From an uncultured Bacilli bacterium (lineage in GTDB: Bacteria; Bacillota_I; Bacilli_A; RF39; UBA660), in contig CAKOOH010000003.1 in the NCBI GenBank assembly GCA_934098485.1, positions 1,706-65,705 of the forward strand: 64,000 nt of DNA. Reading direction: 5' to 3'. Position 1 is the first letter of the stretch, and the number at the start of each line of letters is the position of its first letter. The position numbers were made by a program, and so were the translations under genes. Under the pieces are notes generated by a model that did no database searches, was not told the DNA's origin, and saw only the letters and a list, made by a program, of their open reading frames with translations. Shown here piece after piece: positions 44,304-52,858 of this stretch.

Positions 44304-45482
44304 ATGACATTTTTTGAAGAATTAAAATGGAGAGGCGTTGTAAAAGATATCAGTAGTCCTGATTTAGAAAATAAACTTAACAATGAGTCTTTAACATTCT
44401 ATCTAGGAACCGATCCTACTGCCGACTCTCTACATATTGGCCATTATGCATCATTTGTTACTGCCAAAAGATTAGCCCGTCATGGACATCATCCTATTAT
44501 TTTAGTAGGTGGTGCCACTGGTTTAATCGGTGATCCAAGACCAACTGCGGAAAGAGAAATAATCTCTAAAGAAACTGTTGCTAAAAACATTGAAGGATTA
44601 AAAAAACAAGTTGACATGCTTTTAGAAGGCAAAGCTCAAATAGTTAATAATTATGACTGGACTAAAGATGTTACTTTCTTAGATTTCTTAAGAGATATTG
44701 GAAAATATATCAATGTTAATTACATGCTTGGAAAAGATATTATTTCCAGAAGACTAGAAACTGGTATTACTTATGCAGAATTTTCATACACCTTATTACA
44801 AGGATTTGATTTTCTTCATTTATTTAATAATTATAACTGCACTCTTCAAGCCGCTGGATCAGATCAGTGGGGAAACATTACAACTGGTATCGAATTAATA
44901 AGAAAAATTGAAAATAAAGAAGCATATGGATTTACAATGCCATTAATTTTAGATGCAACGGGCAAGAAATTTGGTAAAAGTGAAGGAAATGCTTTATGGC
45001 TTGATAAAGAAAAAACATCACCATTTAAAATATATCAATACTTAATTAATTCTGATGATTCAAAAGTTATTGAATACTTAAAAGTATTTACCTTTTTAAC
45101 CAAAGAAGAAATTGAAAGAGTTGAAGCTGAATTTAAAAAACATCCTGAAGAAAGATTAGCACAAAAAACTCTTGCTTATGAAGTTGTTAAAGACTTACAT
45201 GGTAAAGAAGAAGCCGATAAAGCTAAAGAAACTAGTGAAAAAATCTTTAATGGTAAAGTAACTGATGAAATGCCTAAAGTGGAAGTAACAAGTAATAACA
45301 TCTTAGACATTTTAGTTGATAGTAAATTAGCACCATCAAAAAGTGAAGCGAGAAGACTAGTTACTCAAGGCGGAATAAGCATTGATGAAGATAAAATAGT
45401 TGATCCTAACTATGTAAGTGAAAAAACCGATTTTGTATTACACAAAGGAAAGAAAACCATTATTAGAATTATAATAAAATAG
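44304..45482 (+). CDS. tyrS: Tyrosine--tRNA ligase
   Basis: HIGH-type motif (DSLHIGHY), KFGKS (KMSKS), and a C-terminal S4 domain (SKSEARRLVTQGGISI). Confidence 0.95.
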   Translation: MTFFEELKWRGVVKDISSPDLENKLNNESLTFYLGTDPTADSLHIGHYASFVTAKRLARHGHHPIILVGGATGLIGDPRPTAEREIISKETVAKNIEGLKKQVDMLLEGKAQIVNNYDWTKDVTFLDFLRDIGKYINVNYMLGKDIISRRLETGITYAEFSYTLLQGFDFLHLFNNYNCTLQAAGSDQWGNITTGIELIRKIENKEAYGFTMPLILDATGKKFGKSEGNALWLDKEKTSPFKIYQYLINSDDSKVIEYLKVFTFLTKEEIERVEAEFKKHPEERLAQKTLAYEVVKDLHGKEEADKAKETSEKIFNGKVTDEMPKVEVTSNNILDILVDSKLAPSKSEARRLVTQGGISIDEDKIVDPNYVSEKTDFVLHKGKKTIIRIIIK

Positions 45483-45511
45483 ATTGTGGCTCCATAAAAC
45501 CACAATTTTTC
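45483..45511 (+). terminator. Rho-independent terminator after tyrS
   Basis: ATTGTGG - 10-nt loop - CCACAAT followed by TTTTT. Confidence 0.75.
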
Positions 45512-45559
45512 TATATAAAATTATATAATTATGTTATAATTACTATAGGTGATTAGTAT

Positions 45560-45787
45560 ATGTTAGATAATTATTTGGAAGTAGACGGAAAAAAATTAGA
45601 AGTATTATTTTTATTTAATTACAAAGAAAGAGACTTCGTTGTTTATGAATGCCCTGATGGAGAAATAAGTGCCTCAATTATAAATAATAAAGGAACTCTA
45701 ACTTTAGAGAAAATTACATCAGATGAAGATTGGGACTATGTAGACAAGAAATTAGAAGAGTATTTACACAGCGATGACGAAAATTGA
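45560..45787 (+). CDS. DUF1292-like small acidic protein
   Basis: VDGKKLEVLFLFNYKERDFVVYE...ITSDEDWDYVDKKLEEYL resembles the YrzB/DUF1292 pattern. Confidence 0.5.
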   Translation: MLDNYLEVDGKKLEVLFLFNYKERDFVVYECPDGEISASIINNKGTLTLEKITSDEDWDYVDKKLEEYLHSDDEN

Positions 45788-47186
45788 ATTAAGATATAGT
45801 GAAGAAAACGGCTATTATGCTTTAATGTATCGTGATGATAAATTAATAAAAAAAGCCATCGGTGACGATTTTACCTATAATATTGAAAAGTTAAGTTCGT
45901 TTGATAAAATTCTAAAAAATGCTGACATCTCTAATGATGTCTTTAAAGCGGAACTTTACGATGGTGTTATAGAATTTTATAATTTAGAAAAATACGATGA
46001 ATTACTAACCAAATATTTTCCTAAATCTTATACTTATGCTAAAAATAAATTAGCCGTTAAACAAAAAAAAGAAGAAACGGTCAAAAATAAAGCCCTTGCT
46101 AAAGAAGATAAAGAAAATGAGCGTATTTTAAAGCAAAAAGCCGCATCCGAAGCCGAAGAAATTAGAGAAAAAGAAATCACTCGTAAAAAACTAATCAAAG
46201 ATTACGAAGCATCTAATAAAAAAGCCTCAAAAGAAGAAAATCAAAAACAAAGTGATCTTGAAGATGCTATCAAAAGGAACCAAAAAGAAAAAAAGGCTCA
46301 ATTAAGACTTCGCAAAATAGAAAAAGTTAATAGAGCAGCCACTATTGCGGGAAACGTAATCGTTTGGGCTTCCTTAATCGCATCAGTATATTTTTTAGGT
46401 TACAAAGAAGTAATTTCTAAAATTAATAGATATGCTGAAAATAATAAACATCAGACTGAAGTGGTCATGATTAATGAAGAAGAACCAAAATCAGCCATCG
46501 ATGACGTTATTATTCATAGTATTGACATTCCCATAACAACTAGTGAAGAAAAATCTAATGCCTATCTTTTAGCCGAAGAAAAATATAAAGATATAATTTC
46601 TGAATTATCAGAAAATTATGGAATTGATGCTTCTTTACTTACCGCTATATGTGCATCAAATATTAATGATAAAGGGGAGTTAGTTAATTCTGGTGGCCGG
46701 ATCGGACCTATGAACATATCAAATTACGAATTAGAGGGAAGAGTATTTCGCGTTTATAATTATAAACAAAAAACTTGGGATACTATAGTAGTTAAACAAG
46801 AAAAATTAAAAAATGATTATCAAAATATTCGCATTGGTTGTGCTATCTTGCAAATGGCTTACCGTGATGCCAATGGAAATTTAGTTGCGGCTCTTGAAAG
46901 TAGTGGACTAGGCACATATAGTTTTAATAAACTTAAAGATAAATTAATAAATTATACTAGTAATACAACATTAAATTATGATAACATTTTAGCAAACAAA
47001 GATAATTATGCCTGGTTTAATGCCATTTTTAATGATGTTGATAGTACTTATTTTGGTAAAGTAGCAAGTTACTTGCCTCCGAATCAGATAATATCAATGA
47101 GGTTAATTAAATTTTCTGGCGCTATGAGTACTGACTTTTATACCATAGAAAAACCAATCGAAAAAGAATTAGAAAATACATATTAA
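45774..47186 (+). CDS. Bitopic membrane protein with a K/E-rich cytoplasmic coiled coil and an extracytoplasmic degenerate lytic-transglycosylase-like domain
   Basis: The TM segment is AATIAGNVIVWASLIASVYFLGY. The C-terminal region parallels the SLT-like domain of the next gene (LLTAICASN...GRIGPMNIS...RIGCAILQMAY) but has no Glu at the catalytic position. Confidence 0.5.
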   Translation: MTKIELRYSEENGYYALMYRDDKLIKKAIGDDFTYNIEKLSSFDKILKNADISNDVFKAELYDGVIEFYNLEKYDELLTKYFPKSYTYAKNKLAVKQKKEETVKNKALAKEDKENERILKQKAASEAEEIREKEITRKKLIKDYEASNKKASKEENQKQSDLEDAIKRNQKEKKAQLRLRKIEKVNRAATIAGNVIVWASLIASVYFLGYKEVISKINRYAENNKHQTEVVMINEEEPKSAIDDVIIHSIDIPITTSEEKSNAYLLAEEKYKDIISELSENYGIDASLLTAICASNINDKGELVNSGGRIGPMNISNYELEGRVFRVYNYKQKTWDTIVVKQEKLKNDYQNIRIGCAILQMAYRDANGNLVAALESSGLGTYSFNKLKDKLINYTSNTTLNYDNILANKDNYAWFNAIFNDVDSTYFGKVASYLPPNQIISMRLIKFSGAMSTDFYTIEKPIEKELENTY

Positions 47187-47195
47187 GAGGTGAAT

Positions 47196-48770
47196 ATGAC
47201 AAAGTATTATTTAAATATAAATAAAGAAAATCAACTTATTTTATCAGGTGGTAACTTAACTGGTCCTACCACTGATTTAGCAGTAATTAATAGATTTCTA
47301 GGTAACATAGCAAAATATGCGGAAACAAAAGAATATCTTAGAGAAACAGAAGAAACTGTTGATTATTTAGTCGACGATGTAGAAATATCTGTTAATAAAC
47401 AAGTTTTAGAAGTATTTAAAAGTTATTTAGCAGCCTATAGAATTTTAACTATTCTTCCTAAAACAGTAGCAGCTGCTAAAGAAAAAGCCCCATTAAAAAA
47501 TGAAGAATTAGAAATGATTGATATTATTTCAGATGATTTAAAAAAGGCTTTAGAAACTGGAAACATTAATAAAATTAAAGAATTAACAACTGCCTTAAAA
47601 AAGAAAAATCATCAATTAATAACAGAATATAATATTACTATTAAGGTTGATCGCCGCAAAACAATTAGCGGTAAACTTATTACCACTGGCATTATTTTAG
47701 TTATTGTCGGACTTGTTACAGTTGTGGTAGCGGATATTATAGAGCATAATCAAAAAAATAACAAAGGAGAAGTCATCATCAAAACTCCTTCACCATATGT
47801 ATCTATAATGCCTAGTCCAACACCAAGTCCAACAGTTGATGACCTTATCAAAATTCCTGAAGATTTAAAACCATATTATGATGGTAATGAGGATTATAAT
47901 CCATACGAATATGTAAAACCAACTCCAGAACCGTATGATCCTAGTACCAACGAAAATGTTACTCCAACTCCAGAACCTACGCCTGCACCAACTGAACCCC
48001 CAACCGAAATTGTAACACCACCTCCATATGTACCACCTGTTATAGATGGGGGAATATCTTATATAACTTTACCAGGACTACAAGATGAATCATGGACTGA
48101 TAAATATGCCTTTGTAAGAGATAATTATAGTAGCACTTTTGAAAAATATGCTGCCATAACTGGTAATAGTAGTTCAGTAATGATGGCCTTAGCCACGGAA
48201 GAAAAAGGTTATCACGATGCTAGTGCAAATGCAAATGGTGATATAGGTATTTGCCAAATTAATTCTAATATTTGGTTACAAAAAGATTCACAAGGGAATT
48301 ATTATATAAGTGAAGACTATTATGACTTTACCGAAAACAGATGGAAAAATTTCTTATTTGATGAAAGTATTTATAATGAAGAAGAAAACATTCTTGCTGG
48401 CAATATCATTTTTCATAAATATTTAAGTGAATTTAAAGGTAATCTAGTTGCTGCTCTTTATGCATATAACTGGGGATCTACAGCCACAAGAGAAAAGATA
48501 ACCAGCATAGCTTCAGAATATAATATGGATTATGATACCTTTTTAACAAATACACCTGATTATAAATGGATAGATGCCTTTAACGAAGAGGTTATAGGTG
48601 AAGATGGCACAACATTAACTTCTAACTATGCTTTATCAGTATTAAGATATCTTCCTTCAGATATTCCTGTAACTTGTAATATTGTAGGAGACGATGGTAA
48701 TATTTATACTAAAGTATACTCAGTCGCACCTGCTTTAACTAAAGATAGTGAAGGATTTGTTTTTAACTAA
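47196..48770 (+). CDS. Bitopic membrane protein with a Pro/Thr linker and a lytic transglycosylase (SLT/goose-lysozyme-like) domain
   Basis: The TM segment is TTGIILVIVGLVTVVVADII and the linker reads PSPTPSPT...TPTPEPTPAPTEPPTE. The SLT-like motifs are ALATEEKG (catalytic Glu), GDIGICQIN and AALYAYNWG. Confidence 0.6.
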   Translation: MTKYYLNINKENQLILSGGNLTGPTTDLAVINRFLGNIAKYAETKEYLRETEETVDYLVDDVEISVNKQVLEVFKSYLAAYRILTILPKTVAAAKEKAPLKNEELEMIDIISDDLKKALETGNINKIKELTTALKKKNHQLITEYNITIKVDRRKTISGKLITTGIILVIVGLVTVVVADIIEHNQKNNKGEVIIKTPSPYVSIMPSPTPSPTVDDLIKIPEDLKPYYDGNEDYNPYEYVKPTPEPYDPSTNENVTPTPEPTPAPTEPPTEIVTPPPYVPPVIDGGISYITLPGLQDESWTDKYAFVRDNYSSTFEKYAAITGNSSSVMMALATEEKGYHDASANANGDIGICQINSNIWLQKDSQGNYYISEDYYDFTENRWKNFLFDESIYNEEENILAGNIIFHKYLSEFKGNLVAALYAYNWGSTATREKITSIASEYNMDYDTFLTNTPDYKWIDAFNEEVIGEDGTTLTSNYALSVLRYLPSDIPVTCNIVGDDGNIYTKVYSVAPALTKDSEGFVFN

Positions 48771-48784
48771 AAAAAATACATAAG

Positions 48785-49096
48785 TTATTTCATTTCACTT
48801 ATGTATTTTTTTAATGCCTTAGCATTAGGCCCAAATATTATTTTTAATTGATTATCAATTTCTACAATTCCCTTAGCGCCCAATCTTTGAATGGCTTCTT
48901 TATCAACTAAAGTAATATCTTTCAAAGTAACTTTAAGTCTTGATACATTAACTTCCGTATCTAAGATATTATCTTTTCCTCCTAAATACTGAACTAACTT
49001 ATTAATTTCAAAAGTAAAGTTCTTTTTATTTAACTTAACTATTACCAAACTAATTAAAAATAATACAAAAAATATAATTAAATATTGCCACCACAT
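48785..49096 (-). CDS. Membrane-anchored PTS-EIIB-like domain protein lacking the phospho-acceptor Cys
   Basis: The N-terminal TM segment is followed by YLGGKDNILDTEVNVSRLKVTLKDITLVDKEAIQRLGAKGIVE...KIIFG. This follows the PTS_EIIB pattern (GG.eNI....hC.TRLR..l.D). Val occupies the Cys position. Confidence 0.5.
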   Translation of the reverse strand: MWWQYLIIFFVLFLISLVIVKLNKKNFTFEINKLVQYLGGKDNILDTEVNVSRLKVTLKDITLVDKEAIQRLGAKGIVEIDNQLKIIFGPNAKALKKYISEMK

Positions 49097-49195
49097 AATT
49101 TATCACCCACAAACATTTTATCAAATTTTTAAAAAAAATACACTATTTTTTATATTCCACATAAAATATATTGAGTAAATGAAAGGGTGAATAAA

Positions 49196-49651
49196 ATGTG
49201 TAATAATCAAAACGAAGGTAATTGTATCAGTGAAACTTTAAAAGTTATCTGCATATTGCAACAAAATGCTTGTCCTGAAAATTGTTTAGACTCTTGTGAT
49301 AGACCAATGCTTGGTGGTGGAAACAATTGCTTAATTTGTAATACAAGACCAGTTATGCTATACACTTGCTGTGGTAATGGCGTTCCTCTAAGTATGCCAA
49401 CTAGCAAAGATTCAAGTGCTACATGTTCAACACCATCAGTAGATAGTTCATGTGAAGGCTGCTCAAATGTCTTTAGAGTTGAAAAAATAGAAGGTAATTG
49501 TTGTACATTTAGAGTACTTGCTTTAAATCCAGATCAAACATGTTGCAATAATGTGCCATATATATCTACTAATAGTTTCTTCACAATGAATTTAGATTGC
49601 TGCTGCATTGTAAGATGCTTAAATGATTGTTATGTAGATTGTGTATGTTAA
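49196..49651 (+). CDS. CotY/CotZ-family cysteine-rich spore coat/exosporium protein
   Basis: VFRVEKIEGNCCTFRVL and FFTMNLDCCCIVRCL parallel B. subtilis CotY/Z (FFRVEKL.DCCATLSIL, CIEVDLGCFCAIQCL). The N-terminal C-x-SETLKVICILQ also matches. The sequence contains 28 Cys. Confidence 0.7.
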   Translation: MCNNQNEGNCISETLKVICILQQNACPENCLDSCDRPMLGGGNNCLICNTRPVMLYTCCGNGVPLSMPTSKDSSATCSTPSVDSSCEGCSNVFRVEKIEGNCCTFRVLALNPDQTCCNNVPYISTNSFFTMNLDCCCIVRCLNDCYVDCVC

Positions 49652-49691
49652 ATAAATAATAATTTTTACTAATTAAAATTACTTTATTTAT

Positions 49692-49722
49692 AAAGGGCCA
49701 AACATGGTTCTTTTTTTGTTAG
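49692..49722 (+). terminator. Terminator after the cotY/Z-like gene
   Basis: AAGGGCCA-aaca-TGGTTCTT (two G.U pairs) followed by a T-run. Confidence 0.5.
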
Positions 49723-49791
49723 AATTTACAAAACTAAAAAAATAATATATAATTTATATGTAGTATTTATTCTAATTTAAAGGAATTGTTT

Positions 49792-50730
49792 ATGAAAAAA
49801 ATAAAAACCAAACCAATTATATTTTTTTACTTAATTATAATTTTGTACTACGTTTTTTGCTGGTATAATTATAGAATCTTAGAAAATGGCAAAGAAAATA
49901 ATTATCTTTTAAATATGCAATATAATGAGTGTGAGAAATATATTAAAGTAGGTTCAGAAACTCAAAAAGAAATTTATGAAAAATATAAAGATAAATTTAT
50001 TGTAGACGAAAATTGTAAAGATTTAGTCATAGAAGGAGAAAAGCCAAATAGTATTTATTCTATCTATCAGGGATTTTTAAGTTCTGAAAAATTTATTATA
50101 CCTTTTTTCATGCCTTTACTGGTACTTATTCCTTTTATGTATGCTTTATCAAAAGAATATAATGGTAAAATAGTAAAACAATTTTGTTTAAGAAGTAAAT
50201 ATAGTAATTATATTAAACATATTTATAAAAATGCATATAAAAACATTTATATTATTCCCTTATTTATAGTTATTACATTAATAATTTGCTTCTTAATTTC
50301 TAAAGGAAATTTAAATCCTGTTGTAGATGAAAATTTAAATTCCCTTTTACCAAACATATCCTTATTGAAGCCTAATTTATTAAGTTTATTTTTCTTTTTG
50401 TTAGTAATAACTCTAAATGCAGGAATTTATATTAATATTGGTTTATTTATATTAAATCATAATAAAAAATTTATAATATCTCTTATTGAAAGTGTAATTT
50501 GCATATTTTTGGTATGGGCATTTAGTGAAATAATAATCGGCTTAATGTTTAATAATTTATTAAATATTAATAGTGGTAATTTTAATATTTTAAATATATA
50601 TGATTGGGCTGGAGTAACAAATAAATACATTTATTTATCATATAATTTTATATTATTTGTTATTACAGGTTTAATTAGTTACTTATCTTATAAAAATAAA
50701 GAAAAGTTTATAATAATGTGTGAAAAATAG
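49792..50730 (+). CDS. Multi-pass membrane protein (ABC-2-type permease-like)
   Basis: An N-terminal TM segment, an ~70-aa loop, then about 5 further TM segments. Precedes an ABC ATPase gene. Confidence 0.55.
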   Translation: MKKIKTKPIIFFYLIIILYYVFCWYNYRILENGKENNYLLNMQYNECEKYIKVGSETQKEIYEKYKDKFIVDENCKDLVIEGEKPNSIYSIYQGFLSSEKFIIPFFMPLLVLIPFMYALSKEYNGKIVKQFCLRSKYSNYIKHIYKNAYKNIYIIPLFIVITLIICFLISKGNLNPVVDENLNSLLPNISLLKPNLLSLFFFLLVITLNAGIYINIGLFILNHNKKFIISLIESVICIFLVWAFSEIIIGLMFNNLLNINSGNFNILNIYDWAGVTNKYIYLSYNFILFVITGLISYLSYKNKEKFIIMCEK

Positions 50731-50748
50731 CAAGGAAGTGAAAATGAA

Positions 50749-51384
50749 ATGAAACTAGAAGTTAAAAATTTGCAAAAAAGTTTTAAAAAAAATAAAGTAA
50801 TTAACAACATTTCAATAACATTTGAATCAGGAAAAATTTATGGTCTGTCTGGTAGAAATGGCTCTGGAAAAAGTGTTTTTTTAAAACTTATTTGTTCTTT
50901 TTATATTCCTGACGAAGGGGAAATTTTACTAGATGGATATAATTATATAAGCAATAATGATTTTTTGCCAAATGCAAGAGCATTAATAGAAAATCCTGAT
51001 TTTATATCTGATATTACTGGTTTTGAGAATCTTAAACTACTTGCATCAATACAAGGAAAAATAAATGATGATGTAATAATAGATTTTCTAAAAAAATTTT
51101 CATTATATGATCAAAAAGATAAAAAGTACAGTGAATATTCCGTAGGAATGAAACAAAAATTAGGTATTATTCAAGTATTAATGGAAAACCCAGATATAAT
51201 CATTTTAGACGAACCATTTAACGGCGTCGATGAAAGTAGTGTAAACAAAATAAAAAAATATATATTAAACTTAAAAAAACAAAACAAACTTATTATAATA
51301 AGCAGCCATATAAAAAATGATCTTAAGGAATTATGCGATGAAATCTATAACTTTGATAATGGAAGTATTAAAAAAGAAAAGTAA
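50749..51384 (+). CDS. ABC transporter ATP-binding protein
   Basis: Walker A GRNGSGKS, signature-like YSVGMKQKLG, Walker B IIILDEPFNG, H-loop SSH. Confidence 0.85.
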   Translation: MKLEVKNLQKSFKKNKVINNISITFESGKIYGLSGRNGSGKSVFLKLICSFYIPDEGEILLDGYNYISNNDFLPNARALIENPDFISDITGFENLKLLASIQGKINDDVIIDFLKKFSLYDQKDKKYSEYSVGMKQKLGIIQVLMENPDIIILDEPFNGVDESSVNKIKKYILNLKKQNKLIIISSHIKNDLKELCDEIYNFDNGSIKKEK

Positions 51385-52108
51385 ATATTTTAAAATAATA
51401 ACAGATGCAAATAATTATGGACTATATATAATTATAGTAATATTAACTACTTTCTTAAACTCTTATAATTTAGGATCTTCACTAAGTTTTGATAAAGCAT
51501 TTTCTTTATTTATAACAACAAGATTTTATGTAATTATTTTAATGCTTTTTATGTTTTTTAGTACAAATCAGATTATTAATTATTTTGAAAAAAATTATTC
51601 ATTTTCTATTAGACTAAGTAACAAAAATAAATATATTAAAGAAATAGTCAAATTTTCTACTCTATCAAATTTAATCTTTTTTGTTATTTATATTTTAATA
51701 AGTGTTTCCTTTGTAATACTAAAAAGTGGAAGTTTTAATAGCTTTAATTATATAGAAACATATAAAATACCACTTTATTTATACAATATAATTTTATTAA
51801 TTAAGTACTTTGTTATTATTAATTATTTATCAATTTTTGGAATACTTATATATAAAAGTAATTTTAAAATAGTTTCTTATATTTATTATATTATTTTGAT
51901 TATTATTTACTATAATAGTTCCTTAAATACAAATATAATTAATGGTTTTTCAATTAAGGATTTATTATTTTATACATATTTAAGTCCTTTAGAGTATACA
52001 AGTTTAATAAATGAAATAAACAATTTTATAATAGTAAGTATTATTTATTATTTAATATTTAATATTATGTCATATTTATTATTAAAATTTAGGAAAGTAA
52101 AGGTTTAA
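51359..52108 (+). CDS. Multi-pass membrane protein (putative permease component)
   Basis: Six or so hydrophobic segments and extreme I/N/Y/F/K composition. The start is ambiguous (51317, 51338 or 51359). Confidence 0.5.
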   Translation: MEVLKKKSKYFKIITDANNYGLYIIIVILTTFLNSYNLGSSLSFDKAFSLFITTRFYVIILMLFMFFSTNQIINYFEKNYSFSIRLSNKNKYIKEIVKFSTLSNLIFFVIYILISVSFVILKSGSFNSFNYIETYKIPLYLYNIILLIKYFVIINYLSIFGILIYKSNFKIVSYIYYIILIIIYYNSSLNTNIINGFSIKDLLFYTYLSPLEYTSLINEINNFIIVSIIYYLIFNIMSYLLLKFRKVKV

Positions 52109-52109
52109 T

Positions 52110-52778
52110 ATGAAATTTTTATCTAAAAATATTATTAATCAAGCATTTAAAAAGTCATATTTTTATTTATTGTTTCTTTTTGTAGTGTTTATCTACTTTC
52201 TTATAAATTTAAAAGTAATTCCTTTTCTTGATATTAACTTTTTTAAATGTGTACTAGGAGTTGGAAAATATGAAAGTGGGTTATATATAAATAATTTAAT
52301 TTTATTATCCATATATGTGATAATAATATATTATACAGTTTATTTATATTTAACAAGTACTTTTTATAATATTCAAAATGTCTTACTTAGAATAAAAAAG
52401 AGTAAATTTGTTTTAATTAATAATTTGGTAATTACTTTTATAATTATAATGTTAAGCGTATTTCCATTTTTAATATCTATTATTTTTAAATTGCTTTTTG
52501 ATTTAGATTTTAATCTACTTAATTATATTAGCTTTTATAAATATAGTTTATTAATTTATCTTTTTATATCACAAACAACTATTTTTATGATTAATTTAAC
52601 AACTCGGAGTAAATACATGTATATCTTAATATTATTTAATATATACATTATTTATAAAACAGTAGTAGTAGATATAACCACCATGAATAGTTATATATTA
52701 TTACTTGCAAATATAATACTTTATATTATAAATATAATAATTTATAATCCAATAAAAATATATAATAAATATCATTAA
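52110..52778 (+). CDS. Multi-pass membrane protein (putative permease component)
   Basis: Hydrophobic segments throughout. The ATG starts 1 nt after the upstream stop. Confidence 0.5.
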   Translation: MKFLSKNIINQAFKKSYFYLLFLFVVFIYFLINLKVIPFLDINFFKCVLGVGKYESGLYINNLILLSIYVIIIYYTVYLYLTSTFYNIQNVLLRIKKSKFVLINNLVITFIIIMLSVFPFLISIIFKLLFDLDFNLLNYISFYKYSLLIYLFISQTTIFMINLTTRSKYMYILILFNIYIIYKTVVVDITTMNSYILLLANIILYIINIIIYNPIKIYNKYH

Positions 52779-52858
52779 TATCATTACAGTACAAAAACTA
52801 TCAAAAAATAGCAAGTTTTTGTACTACAATACAAAAACTTTAAGATAATAAAAAACTT

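Noticed and set aside
47905-48010. Repeated CCAACTCCAGAACC segments as a DNA repeat element
   Set aside because: They encode the (K/T)PTPEP units of a Pro/Thr linker, so this is coding low complexity rather than a mobile or regulatory repeat.
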